Position numbers and translations under genes: made by a program. This document shows, in pieces, positions 25,511 through 38,399 of a stretch of DNA of 64,000 nt. Position 1 is the first letter of the stretch. Each line of letters begins with the position of its first letter. Under the pieces are notes generated by a model, which made no database searches, was not told the origin of the DNA, and saw only the letters and a list, made by a program, of their open reading frames with translations. Origin of the DNA: Hydrurus foetidus (taxonomy: Eukaryota); the NCBI GenBank assembly GCA_900617105.1, contig UYFQ01000229.1, positions 1 through 64,000 on the forward strand. The letters run 5' to 3'.

Positions 25511-28500
25511 GTGGGGGATTCTTTATTCAGTGGAATCAACTTTAAACTAAATACAAAATATAGAGAGAGTGATACTGGGCATTTCTCACTGATTGCTCCC
25601 CCCAGGCCATCCGCAACAAAGTATTCCGTTTTACAGTCCATATTTTCTGGTCGGAAGTCTCTATCATTTGCTGATTACTCTACACAAACTACTGACGCGA
25701 CCACCCGCAAGCGGCGTGTGAAGGTTCCAGCTGATGCTGTAAGCGGTATCTTGACTCCTGCACCTGTAAGTTCACGTGGAAGAAGCGTGTCCCAGCCATT
25801 TTTTGAGTTATTTATTGGAGTAGCTGAGAATCTAGTTGAATTGATGAAGTTAATGAATAATCATGGACATGGTTGCTGCGGAACTCTGCATTTTCGAAGA
25901 AATCAAGTTTTTACTCGAAGATTAGCCTTATCAGTCCGCTGTTCTTGCTCTCTGGGAAAGCTCTGCAAAATATTCCCCCTCGGGGTCTTTCGATGGCAAT
26001 CAACTTCAGATATAAAAATCTCACCAACTCGATCTGTTCCAGTGCCCGATGTGTTATATGCCTTAGGAGTATGCATGACACCGAATACGATGGCACACGC
26101 TGATCAGCTATTTTCCACTATGTTAATGACTCCCCCAAGTCGGAATCTGCTGAAAGAAATAATTAGATATGTGATAGATCCGTATCTGGTCGACGAGAAA
26201 GATCGCATCGTTAGAGAGGCTTGTCGAGAAATTCGTGAATCTGGATTATCACCAATCCTATGTATGGACGTGGGTCATAGTAGTGCACGAAATTCTCAGG
26301 GGGCGACACTAGCAGCGGCTAGCGGTAATATCCTCCTTTTTACTTTAACCGACACTAAAACGAATGCATGGCTAAAAGAGACAGCGCTAGTTGAGAGGGC
26401 TCTAGATTACGCAATTAATGAAGAAAAGTTGGATGTCTGCATGGTGGAAATTGATGACAATGCAAAGAATGCATCGATCATTTCTTCGTACTCAAGAGTT
26501 AATGGTCCTGAACCGTGTAAGGCTGAAGCTGTTAAAGCTGGCATAGACGTATTTCACGCAGCCAAAGCAATGGGGAAGCATGTCAGCAAGATCACTGCTG
26601 AAAACGTCATAACTATGGAGAAGTTTTTCAAGCCCTTGTGTCAGAAGGGTTGCCTAGCATCGGATGTGACAACAAAAGTCAATGACATGATGCTAGTGAA
26701 GTCTAATTCATTTTTCAGCGACATCACAACAATATTTTCAAACTACGGGGCGAATGCGTGGAGATTAGCGAGTGAGACCCCATCGACAATGAGGGAGTTT
26801 GCTATAAATAACAATCTTATTGATAGGACTGAAAACTTCACTTACTGGGAACCAGTGGTGACTGCTTGGAACCAAATTTTTGCTGGGAAGAATACCGTAA
26901 CATCTATTACCAAGATCAAAATAGGCATCTCACTTAGCAGCAAGACCTTACGCTTGCTGGCATCATCCGTGCAGACAATTACTGGCGAGACGTTTGAACT
27001 AATTGACAAACTGTGTGAGAAAAAAGAATTATACCTTTATATGAAGAAGCATTTGCCGGATGCATGTTACCGAGGAAGTAATTTTTCTATTGACTTACCA
27101 GCGATATCTCTTGAGGTGGGTTGTATTCTACAGAATCAACCTGTGAATGACGTGATCTTATACATTGATCCCGATGAATCCGTACTATCCAAAGTCTTCG
27201 GTCAAAATAACCGTACGTTACGGGAAGTACGGAAACTCAATACAGAGAAATCCACTATACTTGCGAAACATTTGGCAATAAAATCGAACACACCAGCACC
27301 TGATAAATCAGCGAAAATGAAATCTTACTGTGTACTTAATTTTTGGAGGATAAATAATTTGTGGGAAGATGTACAACAGGCAATGGGTATCGCACAAAGG
27401 GCTTTCATCTCAAGATTGGGTGAATTCAAAAGAACTGTTAAGAATCTACTGCGTGTTATTAATGATCAATTTGGCGGTTGGAGTTTAAAGTTCAAAATGT
27501 GCTTTCTCATAAACGGTTTATTGAACTTCATCGATCACTATAGCGACAACCATAAAAATTGCGCACGGTATTTCTGGTGGACGCAGTGTGGAGACAGTCA
27601 TGTAAAGTACGCACCTACTCAGGAATACTGTACAGTATTATCCAGTGGAAGAGGGACAGGTTGCAGAGACCTCATTCCAGCTTTCTTCAGGCTGTTCGTT
27701 TCCTCTTTCATATTGTCCAAGTACGCCGAAACTCAATTTTGGAAATGTTTGTGTTTTTCCAAGACCACTATATGTGAGTCCTATTTCCACTGGAAGTCAA
27801 TAATGATTCCTAAATGGCAGAACATTCCTGCCCAAGAATACGAAAGGAAGGAACGTGCAGCGTTTATTGCGTTTGTGAAAAGACAGAAAGGTAAAATATT
27901 TCTATTAAAAAAACTCGTCGCTAACAAGTATGCGAACACCCTGACTGTTGCATCAGCACAAAAGAACAGCAGATATGAGCAACATATACTAGAAGCGCTA
28001 ACAGTCGTATGTGGTTCAAGCTCTTCTGTACTAGCAGCTGTGCAGCATTTCACGGATAAATGTAATTCTAGACAAGATCGAAGACGTCACTTGTTACGCA
28101 CAGTGACAGCTCAATACGAAGATGACGAAACCGCAAGAAACCTTAATTTAGGACCTGTGACGCGAGAACTACGGACAGTTGACAGCAATGGTGGTCCTGC
28201 AGCACAATCTTTCAGCGAATTATCGTTTAGCGCTAGACCGACTTCTCCATTCCCCTTCCAACCAGAACCGTTACTAGATGACGACCAAAGATATAGACTT
28301 CAGAATGTTTGGGCTAGTAGTCGTGCGCTAAAGAAAAAGAGATGCGATAATAATTTGGACAATTTAGAGTTAGGTGCAGATTTTTCATTGTGTTCGTTAT
28401 GTCATCTGCCACTAGATTCAGAGAAAGTCGCATGTTGTGTTTGTGCAATATCGGTTCACTCTGATTGTTTAGAAACTTTCAATTCAGAGTGGGAGACTAA

Positions 28501-28558
28501 TGATGTAGGTGACTCAATCTGTAAACAATGCAGTGCAGTCAATAGATTAGCCTACTGA
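25511..28558 (+). CDS. Kolobok DDE transposase with a C-terminal PHD-like finger (start uncertain)
   Basis: CMDVGHSSARNS, EIDDN, IDVFHAAK and TTICESYFH resemble the Kolobok D/D/DxxH/E blocks. The C-terminus CSLC...CCVC...HSDC...CKQC is C4HC3-like. Confidence 0.8.
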   Translation: MGDSLFSGINFKLNTKYRESDTGHFSLIAPPRPSATKYSVLQSIFSGRKSLSFADYSTQTTDATTRKRRVKVPADAVSGILTPAPVSSRGRSVSQPFFELFIGVAENLVELMKLMNNHGHGCCGTLHFRRNQVFTRRLALSVRCSCSLGKLCKIFPLGVFRWQSTSDIKISPTRSVPVPDVLYALGVCMTPNTMAHADQLFSTMLMTPPSRNLLKEIIRYVIDPYLVDEKDRIVREACREIRESGLSPILCMDVGHSSARNSQGATLAAASGNILLFTLTDTKTNAWLKETALVERALDYAINEEKLDVCMVEIDDNAKNASIISSYSRVNGPEPCKAEAVKAGIDVFHAAKAMGKHVSKITAENVITMEKFFKPLCQKGCLASDVTTKVNDMMLVKSNSFFSDITTIFSNYGANAWRLASETPSTMREFAINNNLIDRTENFTYWEPVVTAWNQIFAGKNTVTSITKIKIGISLSSKTLRLLASSVQTITGETFELIDKLCEKKELYLYMKKHLPDACYRGSNFSIDLPAISLEVGCILQNQPVNDVILYIDPDESVLSKVFGQNNRTLREVRKLNTEKSTILAKHLAIKSNTPAPDKSAKMKSYCVLNFWRINNLWEDVQQAMGIAQRAFISRLGEFKRTVKNLLRVINDQFGGWSLKFKMCFLINGLLNFIDHYSDNHKNCARYFWWTQCGDSHVKYAPTQEYCTVLSSGRGTGCRDLIPAFFRLFVSSFILSKYAETQFWKCLCFSKTTICESYFHWKSIMIPKWQNIPAQEYERKERAAFIAFVKRQKGKIFLLKKLVANKYANTLTVASAQKNSRYEQHILEALTVVCGSSSSVLAAVQHFTDKCNSRQDRRRHLLRTVTAQYEDDETARNLNLGPVTRELRTVDSNGGPAAQSFSELSFSARPTSPFPFQPEPLLDDDQRYRLQNVWASSRALKKKRCDNNLDNLELGADFSLCSLCHLPLDSEKVACCVCAISVHSDCLETFNSEWETNDVGDSICKQCSAVNRLAY

Positions 28559-28578
28559 AAATATATTCACTAACTAAA

Positions 28579-29304
28579 TCAATTTTCTTTAAAACCCATG
28601 TAGTCTCCTGTTGTTGACGGATATATCTGCCTAATTTTAGCAACGAAACAGTTTGGTAATTTACGCCGCTCTTTCTTTTCTAAAATTCCAAAATCTGTCG
28701 CATGAAATAGCATTCTATACAGTCTCTTTCGAAGTAAATTTGATTTGATTCTATTTAGGCAGTCAACGGTATTTAGTGCTTCATTAAACTCGTCACCTAA
28801 TTTCAATGTTTCAAAGAATTGAAATTCGTCTGTTTGTCCACAAGCGTCCATCCCAAAATCGCAGCAGTCACATTCTCCATGCAGTGTCTTGTCGATCGAG
28901 ATGAAAGGTGGACAGTGCAAGGTGACAAAAATTGGTGGCTCGTGAAGGTGAATTGAGTCGATATCACCATGTGCATTTATCACGTCGTCAATTACAGACC
29001 CTTCTTCAGAATGATCACCGTCCGAGAACATATCTTCATCGTCACTCTCGCTATCTCCAAAGTCATCAGTTACATTTCCTTCATCAGACAAACTGTCCTT
29101 GCTGAGGTCGTCAATGCTGTCGTCTGTATCCGAATTTTTTCGGCTGTCATCTCGGTGACCTAAATCGCCATCAAATCCATCTCTATTGATATGACCGTCA
29201 GTCAGCAGTGGTACAAATTTAGTAACCCCATGAAGGCATACTTGCTTTTTAAAAAGCTTCACTAGGTCTCTCATGGAAAGGTCCTCTATGGCATTCTTAC
29301 TCAT
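28579..29304 (-). CDS. KolX-like accessory protein (similar to the P2X7 ballast domain)
   Basis: C-terminal RKRLYR...GILEKKERRKLPNCFVAKIRQIYPSTTGDYMGF matches the recalled KolX/P2X7 C-terminal pattern R..YR...G.L...R..LP.C....IR..P...G.Y.GF. Convergent with the transposase inside the TIRs. Confidence 0.78.
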   Translation of the reverse strand: MSKNAIEDLSMRDLVKLFKKQVCLHGVTKFVPLLTDGHINRDGFDGDLGHRDDSRKNSDTDDSIDDLSKDSLSDEGNVTDDFGDSESDDEDMFSDGDHSEEGSVIDDVINAHGDIDSIHLHEPPIFVTLHCPPFISIDKTLHGECDCCDFGMDACGQTDEFQFFETLKLGDEFNEALNTVDCLNRIKSNLLRKRLYRMLFHATDFGILEKKERRKLPNCFVAKIRQIYPSTTGDYMGFKEN

Positions 29305-29841
29305 ATCAGAGGCTAAAGATAGCGTAGGAGATTTAGATCAGAATAAGGACGGGACAACATTGATACTGTTAGAATCTGTATGAAACAAAGTACTGTATCA
29401 CTCAGAATGAGCGCAGCAGCAACCTGTGAGATTCGGCAGCTGATGTTGTAGAACGTCTCATCCAAAATGTGGATTTTGTTATTTCTGGCGATAAAAAATT
29501 AGGCTTGAGCTTTTCCTAGGTTTCCAATGGGATCTGGACTGATTGTAACCTTGTGGTCACAGCGGTATGCTCGAGAGTCCTTGACGATCAGTTTTGAATG
29601 TGCTGTGTATTCAAGTAGTGGTTGATGATTGTGATTTTGAGAAGTGAACTCGACAATTATTTTCGAGGGGTGTACCAAATCCGTATTTCGTTTTGTCAAC
29701 AAAAGATACGCATCTTTAAACGCTGGCAAATTTCAAAACAGGTAGCGAATTTGGAGTTTTATCATCGGAGACTAGCTCAGAGCAACGAGCGCTATTTGCC
29801 CGCACTGTTAGCGGAGGGTATCATTTGTCGCCGTCGTCTGA

Positions 29842-32800
29842 ATGCCTGATGTCTTTTGGTCAGCAGTTCGATTCCCGATGTCGTCAGACTCATCAGACGA
29901 CGACGACAGTCTTTTTGAGCTTGATATCTCAGAGGAGAAAGTTGCAGACTCAGACCAAAACATTGGTCTTGTTGTAGAAAGTTATAGATTTAGTAGAGGT
30001 GAAAAAGGACGACTAGTAACAACTCATTGTAATCCAAGATCTTTACAGAATGATCAGTACTTAACCCTATCGAGAAAGATGAATAAAGTTGGGAAAGAAC
30101 TGGATTCGTTTATCAGCGAGTTTTATCAAATTCAGAAAAAAAATAAGGATACAGCTGATGGCTTATTGATAGGCCTGATAGCAAATTGTGGTATGACTAA
30201 AAGGGAAGCAATATGCAATTTCAAGATAGGATCCAGTAGATGGGCTAGGCTTTCGAAGCGTCAAGTACCAAAGAAAGGAGGAGGATTGAATGGGCAACAG
30301 CTTCTACCAGAAGATTTGCTTCACCTCAAAGACTTCTTGAGCAGTTTGGAAGTGGAACTAGGATATCCTTGCAATCATCGAAAAATGAAACGTTACTCAG
30401 CTGATTTTGATACATATAAGGAACTATGGAAGGCATACACTGGATTCGGTTTAGGGGGAGAAAAAAAGGGGAAAAAAATGAAGAAGTCAACCTTTCTGAA
30501 GTATTTGAAAAAGGTACACCCAGATTTCGCACTAAAAAGAGCCAAAGAAGACGAATGTGATACCTGTATTAGGCTGAAAATGATACAAGAATTTCGAACG
30601 AGGAGAGAGAGGAGGCTCAAAAAGGACTCGATAAGCACAACGGTGACTCAAGAATCATGAGAGTATCAATGCAACAAGCGATAAAAGAATTCGGGGAAAA
30701 AATAATTCATGCTGACTCCGATATCGGAGTCTTAGATAATTTCAATGAATCTCTCAGAAGGCTCCCAGAAAGTGTAGATGACAATGAAATGAGCATTATA
30801 TCCACTGGTGGTCCAGATCGAGGAGGAAAACCAATCGTCAGAATACAGTGTGAAGATTATGGAGGCAACTTTTGCCTCCCTTGGTACGGCTCTAAAAGAC
30901 CTTGCGTCGATTACTATCTTTCGAATCTTTCGATTTACATGTTCGTCATATCAAACCTTACAAATGGTATCAATTCTGTTTATTTGTATGATGAGCGGGC
31001 TATGGGGAAGAATGCAGATGCTATGTGTTCTTTACGCTTCATCTATCATCTACGAACGTACGTAGAGGCAAAAGAAAACAACACCGTTTCGTCTTTCCCG
31101 GAAACGCTTTATATCGTGATGGATAATTGTGTTGGCCAAAATAAATCCCAAGTCGTTATGATGTTCATGTCATTCTTATCAATGACATTTTACAAGCGAG
31201 TTGTATGTCATTATCTCGTCTCCGGACACTCTCATATGTGCCCTGATCGCGTCGTTTCGCATGCAAAGCGTTCCATTGGAGTTACGGACATATATCAGCC
31301 AGAGGGATTTGTTGAGAAGATGAACACGGTAACAAATGTACAATTTATTCCTCTTTTAGTTTTTGTTTATTTTTATTTAATGAACATACTTATCATATTA
31401 CTAAATTACTCACATCCAACTTTTCTCAAAATTGTGATATTAAGGTGACGTCCATTCAAGCTGAATTTTTTGATCATCGAGTGGAAGGCCTTCCCTTTTT
31501 CGAAGGATGGGATAGTACTCTAAAGGCGCATTTTAAATCAATTCCTGTCATACCTGATGGGGGCTATACAAGAAGTCATTTCTTTGAGTTCGCTGATGGG
31601 AAAGTGAGCATACGGGACACAACTACTTCAGACATCTTCTACGAACACAATTATATTGGGTCGGGAACTTTTGGTATTGTTAGGGAAAGCATGATTAAAA
31701 GCATTTTTGGGACCACACCTTTTGAATCAGCGGCTTTGAAAGATATCATTCTTCCCCGACATAGACCTAAGGTTTGGGACACTAAAAAAATGAGTAGTTT
31801 CAGTGGTAAATTTCACACCATTCCTGCAGACTTTCGTTCGTATTACCCACATCCTCCAGAAGTTTTATTGGACGGGAGTGTCCAAGAGGCAATTGCTGGC
31901 ACTAAAAAAAGAGGACGACCTCAAATTATGGAGGGGAAAAAGTCATCTAAAAAACTCTCAAATGCAATCATATCTACAGGAACCAACTCAATACTGAAAT
32001 ATTTTGGGAATCAAGTTGAGAAGGCATTAATACAGCCTAGTAAATCTCTTCAAGTGGAGAAACCTCTGTTTTTGAAGGTTTCCTCGTTAAGCATTTCAGT
32101 GTCAGATCGAGTTTCTCATACGACACCTACCACTCTCCCAAGTACATATGTTCCTGATCAAATGGAAATCACATCACTGCTGCTTATTCAACGATTAGAT
32201 TCAACTCCTGCTGTTTTGCCGATCCCTACTATCATCTGCATCCCACCACCGGTTCCAATTTCGGCCATAATTGAGGAAGATGAAAATACAAGTAACGAGT
32301 TGTACGGCTTTCGTTGGGCGAAGAGTTCTTGTTCCTTCGACACTATTTCTACAATTCTTCTCTATTTCTACATTTCCTTATCTCGTGATCAGAGAGACGA
32401 ATTTCTGACGGTGATTCCAATCTTCAGGGACAACTTCGAGAATGTCATGATGTCATCAGTCCCGTCATTAGCTCATGCAAAAGAAAAATTGATGCATTTT
32501 TTCATGGGAGGTGTAGAGCCCAAATTTGTCACTGAAACGCACTACGCGGTTGAAGCAGTTTATGATCATATCATGCGATCAATCACTGATCAAAGCGACT
32601 TTATGAGAATTCATTATACTATTACAAGTCACTGTGACGATACTGAATGTATAGGCTATGGGTCAAGAATTCGTGGTCAGAATCGTCATGTATCTTCATT
32701 TGAGAGCTGCACTTTACTGGACGGAAACTATGATATCGATGTGCATGAATTAATTGAAAATTACTGGGCTCGAAGAGTTCATACTTGTCAGTCATGCAAG

Positions 32801-33085
32801 AAATTGCTAAATGTTACAAGGGACTTCTCTAGTCAGAACCCGATCATGATCACAGTTAGTGTCAACCTTATGGACACATTGATCGATTCATCCATCAACC
32901 ACAAGGGGTCTGACTACTCCTTATTTGCTGTAGCTTACACCGACGAAATTCACTACATTGCCAGAATCATTATAGATAATACAGTTTACGAGTACGATGG
33001 AATGAAATATACTGGTCAACTTCGATTAATTGAATGTCAAGATCCGTTTGCCCGAAGAATAAAAACTTTGTCAGGGTCAAAATAA
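29842..33085 (+). CDS. Sola1-type transposase with an AT-hook and a C-terminal USP-like cysteine-protease domain; one frameshift near 30590 and an intron at about 31329-31444
   Basis: KEDECDTC, QCEDYGGN, MDNCVGQNKS and SGHSHMCPDRV are Sola1-like blocks. KKRGRP is an AT-hook. WAKSSCSFD...HYIARI...YEYDGM resembles USP Cys and His boxes. Confidence 0.75.
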
Positions 33086-33631
33086 AAGGCACAAATGATC
33101 TTTTACAAAATAGACAATATTGTTTGAGTGTGAATAAGTTATCGGGTATTTTATTTCTTAACACAATTCATTTACAACGAGCATAAATGCAACCAAAAGT
33201 TCATATTGATATCACATAAACTAAATTTTGATCACCTATAAAAAATTAAGCCCATATTTTTTTTTCAGATCATTACTTTTTTTTTAACAACTTAAATAAA
33301 GATAAACACAGATACCTCTCAGCAATTGAAATTCTTATTTTTTTTGCTGAATCTTTAAAGGTAGATTCCGTCTCATCGGGCCCGGCCACGGGCCCGGGCA
33401 CAGGGCGGCGCAGTCTTGGATTAATTAATCAGGTCGGATTTTTTTGGGGGGATATCGGCAAAACTTTTTTGAAAGGCACAACTTTTTACGCAGAGCACTT
33501 TTTGATACTTTGATGAAGCGTACCTTATGTGTTATGTCGTTTTAAAGTGGTCGAAGGAGAAGATGGTGAATTTTTTTAAATTAGGCTTAGAATTACCAAT
33601 TTTTTCAAAAATCGAAAATAAAGTGAAAGGA

Positions 33632-36600
33632 TTATTTATTTGATTTCTTATTGTGCGCTTTATTTTCCTGTTTTCTCAATAATTCCCTGTTACTAAAATC
33701 ATTACATGGCAAAGAAGAAAATTCGCTAGATCCATGCATTTGTAAAAAATCAGTATCTGATCTGCAAACTAGGCTGTTATTAGAAGTTTTCTTACTCCTC
33801 TGATTCCTTTTCTTTGATCCGATCACCAAATCTGATTCAGCAACGTTACTGTCAGAGTCAGTATCATTCACATCATCACTATTAATAACGTTATTCTCAT
33901 TATCATCATGCACCACATTATCATCATTATCATTGTTATCATTATCATCATTATCATCATTACTATTGTCATTATTTTGATGCACTTCATTTGCCTCTTC
34001 TTCAACTGCTTGACCATCATTACCTACTTTTACTCTTTTTGAGTATACTTTCTTGGCTATAACTGTGAATGCTTTCTTAGGCCACCCTTTCTCGTGACAT
34101 GTTGTGCACAGTGGAAACTGGTTAGGAACAACAGGAGTCAAGGAATCATCACCACATTGAAAGCAGGTTCTCTTGTGTTGATCTAATTCATATACCTTCT
34201 CGTCTATTGAATGTAAACAACTCAGGGTCAAAAGGCCAGAATATGTTGGACAATATGGGCGTAGACACATTTTACTAACCGGTATTAATGACGCCAATTC
34301 TGAAAAATCTGAGCCACAAGTATATGTTTGTGACTGATTCTCCAAAAAAGCGTCTACTTCATTTCGGTCCCCTACTTTTATTTTCATACCTCCCACAAGG
34401 AAAACTGATCGTGGCTTACCACAATTTTTGCATCGTACAGTTGTGTACAAGTTTTTTATGACACACAAGTTCGCTGACTTAATTTCTGCACCTAAAACAA
34501 AATCAAATCAAATCAAATCAAATCAAATATGTTAGACATAAACGACAAATCAAGATTTAATGAACGCAAATAAAGGAATTCAAGTACCTTTTGTGTTAAC
34601 TGGAGGAACGACCCATTTAAGTTTTGGTTCAAGGACAGAAAGACTTGGAACGTGTGTATCTCCCGCATTTGCGCCGCCATTACGTACGTTACTTACGGCT
34701 TCAGCGTATGATAGAAAATCTGAAGTTTTATTCTTCCCTGAGACATCTTTCTCTGGACAAGGCATGAACTCATTTAGAGCGAACAACGAAAGTAATTGTC
34801 TAGGCCGTCTACAATTGAAGGGACATGCGGGGTGGTAGTCACCAACATAAGAGTCCGGGTTTCTACCCGCTGCTAACTCTTCCATAGCTGTTGTTTTCCA
34901 ACAGACAGCTTTAATTTGGAATGTATATGCAGACTTGAAGCAATGTGTTAAGATATAGTCATTGATGCTATTTGGTTTTTTATAGAATTCTTTCATTTTA
35001 TTCGACGTAAAAACATCTGATTTTCGGTAATTAATTGAGCCGTACTCCCCTGCAGCAGGATCCAGTGATGAGATTTTATTCACGAAGTCAAATAATTCTG
35101 TGTTGTTCGCAATGTATCCACGTTTTATTTCATTATCTGCCCATACCAAGTTTTGAAATCTCATTGCTATTTCCTCACATGCATCGCCTACAGACTGAGA
35201 GGCTGCATCGTGAAAATCGACATTGGCCTCTAATCTATCCCGAAGCATTGAAAGGTTATTTGAGGATCTCCAGTGTTGTTCCAGCCATTCTGTCTTGTTT
35301 TCTTCTAGTTCGTTATTAGCACTTGCTGTAGCTGACCCTCGGTCCCGAACACGCATCGGTAATCGTGTAAAACACATACCGTATAGAGCATAGTTCAGAT
35401 TCGACATTACTCTCTCCACTTCGTTCGTCCAACTATTCTGTGGACAAGACCTTCCTACTATTAGTTGATCAAGTTCCAACATTTGAAACATTAATATCAA
35501 ACTGACTTGTACCGAAATGAATTGCAAATTGTGTTCGGGCCCCCCATCTGTTAATAAAAAACCCATTGACTGATGTGGTAATTTCTCTCTTAAAAGAAGA
35601 GAACCAAGCTCTGCATGAGCTCTCACGACCGTACTAGGCTGCATAGTACTACTCTTTACAGCAACATACACTTGTCCCTGATAGAATGACTCCGTTGAAT
35701 CATGTGGAATGTCACAAAGCAACGTGACTGTCGGTACGGCATTATCACGACTGGAACCCGCATCGTAATCACCTCCTCCAAATAGAGTTTTGTGCCCAAT
35801 TCCACTAACGGGATGGATCGTTCGTTTATTCCGCTCCGTCGCAAGCGCATGCCGGCCTGGTTCTCCAATTGGTACCTTAAATACATTTCAAAAGTATTAC
35901 GTGGGTTCAGTATCGTAAAAATTATTACTATAGTATATACTTAACACAATGGTACATGCATACATGCGCTCGTACATTAGTACAAATATTATATATATTA
36001 CCTTGTTTTTATCGTCAACTTGGATGAATATTGATATATCTCTGTTCTCAACGGCATACTGTTTCATATAACTTCTCACTGCTTGTGTGTAATCAAAATC
36101 AGTGTGTTTAACATGATTCGATCTTCCTGTCAGGGAAAGTTGAAAAGGCAATCTTAAAAAATATCTGTCCGCTTTCATAGCATAGTTGTTCTTTGGTGTG
36201 AATTGTTTTAACAAGTAGTCGTATGATGGTGTCATGTTATGTGCCTCTTGTACGTCAGGGTAACATTCCTGCACTTCTTTCGATATCAATCGGTGTAGCT
36301 CTCTTATAGATGTTACATGCGTAACCACCTCCCTGCTGCCATGTCTTTTCGCTAATGCCCCTTCTACTCGTTTCATGCACATCTCATTACATCTTCTGAA
36401 GAATTCTTCAAAATGGGTATCATTCTCCAATGTATAAATAATGTCTGAGACAACACACGACGATACTGCTCCTTGTGAAAGAATCACGGAGGCCAAGTCT
36501 GCAGTCACTTTCAGTTTATCATCATTGAATCTCTGCAGAATCGATTGCAACTTATTACTCATAGCCATGATTCCTATTCCTTCATTCACGATGTCTTCTA

Positions 36601-38399
36601 TGTTTAACCACAAATGTTGCAAAACTGATTCCTTTATATCAGTATTGATTTTGTCAAGAACATATGCATATTCTTTAAGCACTTCAGAATTCGTCACATC
36701 GACACCGAGTGGTAAAGCTATGATATACCTAATAAGTCTGTGGTCCCTCTCGTTTTCTCGTTTAACCATAATAAAAGGTCTCCCAAAATGCGCCCCAGTT
36801 GCATCATTTGCAACAGATTTGTAGTAATCAAATCGGCTTCTTTTATCCTGTGACATGAAAAAAAAGAAATTAGGAGTATATTAAATACATACATACATAC
36901 ACACATACACACATACATACATACACACATACATACATACATACATACATACATACATACATACATACATACATACATACATACATACATACATACATAC
37001 ATACATACATACATACATACATACATACATACATACATACATACATACATACATACATACATACATACATACATACATACATACATACATACATACATAC
37101 ATACATACAAAAAATATTACTCTAGACATATTGTAATTATACTTACATGTCAACAAACATAACTTACTTGTATTTCAAATGGATGCAGTGCCAAAAAGTT
37201 GTACTCGCTAGCTCTTGCGAAATTATCAGCAACTTCACGGTACTTGCGTCCGACAGGACCAATAGGATGTGGATTTATCGCCTCAATTGTCAATGAGTTT
37301 GTCCAACAAAAGTTATTCAATTCTATCAAAGCTCTTCTTTGAAATTGACTTTCGTTCCTCTTCTTATTACTGACAATTCTCTTCGAATTTGAGATTTTAT
37401 GACGAAGCAGAAATTGTCTCAAAACATCTAATCGGATCTTGATATTAGGCCACGGGGGTAAATTACAGTAGCACAAAAGGTCGGACGCTACAATTCTCTT
37501 TAGAATCTCAATTATCTTGTCACAACCTTGTAGTGAGGGAATAAATTATAAGAAGAATAAGAAGAGAATTAAGAACGGAACTTAAAAAAACATAGTCTTT
37601 ACATAAAACACCTCAAATGAATCGCACCTTGATTATCGATTTGATTCTCGTCATCATGGTTTGAATAGCCACGCTTAGAAGTTGAATTAAAGAAGGGGCT
37701 CAATACAGAGCAAGATGAAAATGACGAATCAGCTGCCACAATCTTGTGCCATCGAAAATTTAATCTACTCAATAATAGGCAGAATCTCTCGAGAAAGATG
37801 TATAGGGCGTGATTTTTATCATTAACTACAGTTTTGGTGTACCGGACCTCATTTGCTCGAAAAAGTAGGTCGATCGTATCGTCCCATTGCCTCTCTACGT
37901 ATGGCTGATGAGATGCTGAGTGCTGGCTCCCAAGGGAACACCATTCTTTTCGAGAAAGGGGTAAGTACTGCCCATTTTCGTCACCCTCTCTTGACAAGCG
38001 CATTGCCTCACGGTCTGAAGGAGATTGAAACATGCTGTAGAGGGCGACGCGTTCAGGTTCACTTGTTCTCGGAAGCACTTTCTGACTGCAATGCATTTGA
38101 AATGTGACATGAAAGACCTTGGAAAAGTCGTCGATAATTGATTGCCATAGCTCCTCCAAATCCGAAATCGAGATTGACATGATTTCTTCACTATCCTTCA
38201 ATATCCCATTGAAAATCACGAGATCAAGACCACGAGACAACATGTGCGGAAAATGGTTGAAAGATGTAGACGACAAAATAATGAAAAGTTGCATCAAACT
38301 CGTCTCGGGAGGAAAGGAAAGTTTCACTCGGACGTAGGTTGTTGCCGATCGGGGCAATTCAAGATCTGGATCTCTCACTGAAAATAAATAAGCCGACAT
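33632..38399 (-). CDS. Zator transposase, multi-exon (introns at about 37527-37610, 36848-37167, 35876-36001 and 34492-34587)
   Basis: Splicing yields QVDDKNK|VPIGEPG...DYD...AVPTV...GQVYVAVKS...TDGGPEH...PQNSWTNEVERVMS, which parallels Zator DDKARVPIG/DGGPDE/NRVERRM. The C-terminus has a CxxC cluster. The first intron boundaries are approximate. Confidence 0.8.
36885..37109. repeat. (TACA)n microsatellite inside a Zator intron
   Basis: About 55 copies of ATAC, lying between the minus-strand donor at 37167 and acceptor at 36848. Confidence 0.97.

Larger units (their letters stand above)
24873..29715 (+). mobile_element. Kolobok DNA transposon (4843 bp), apparently near-intact
   Basis: TSD TTAA (24869-24872 and 29716-29719), AG...CT termini, 388-bp TIRs (24873-25260 and 29328-29715, one mismatch seen) and two convergent ORFs. 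Confidence 0.88.

Noticed and set aside
24886..29729. Twin small ORFs (24886-25089 + and 29499-29729 -) with the same peptide
   Set aside because: They result from the Kolobok inverted repeats and show no sign of coding function.
36718..37156. ORFs of repeated MYVC
   Set aside because: They are translations of the intronic (TACA)n microsatellite.
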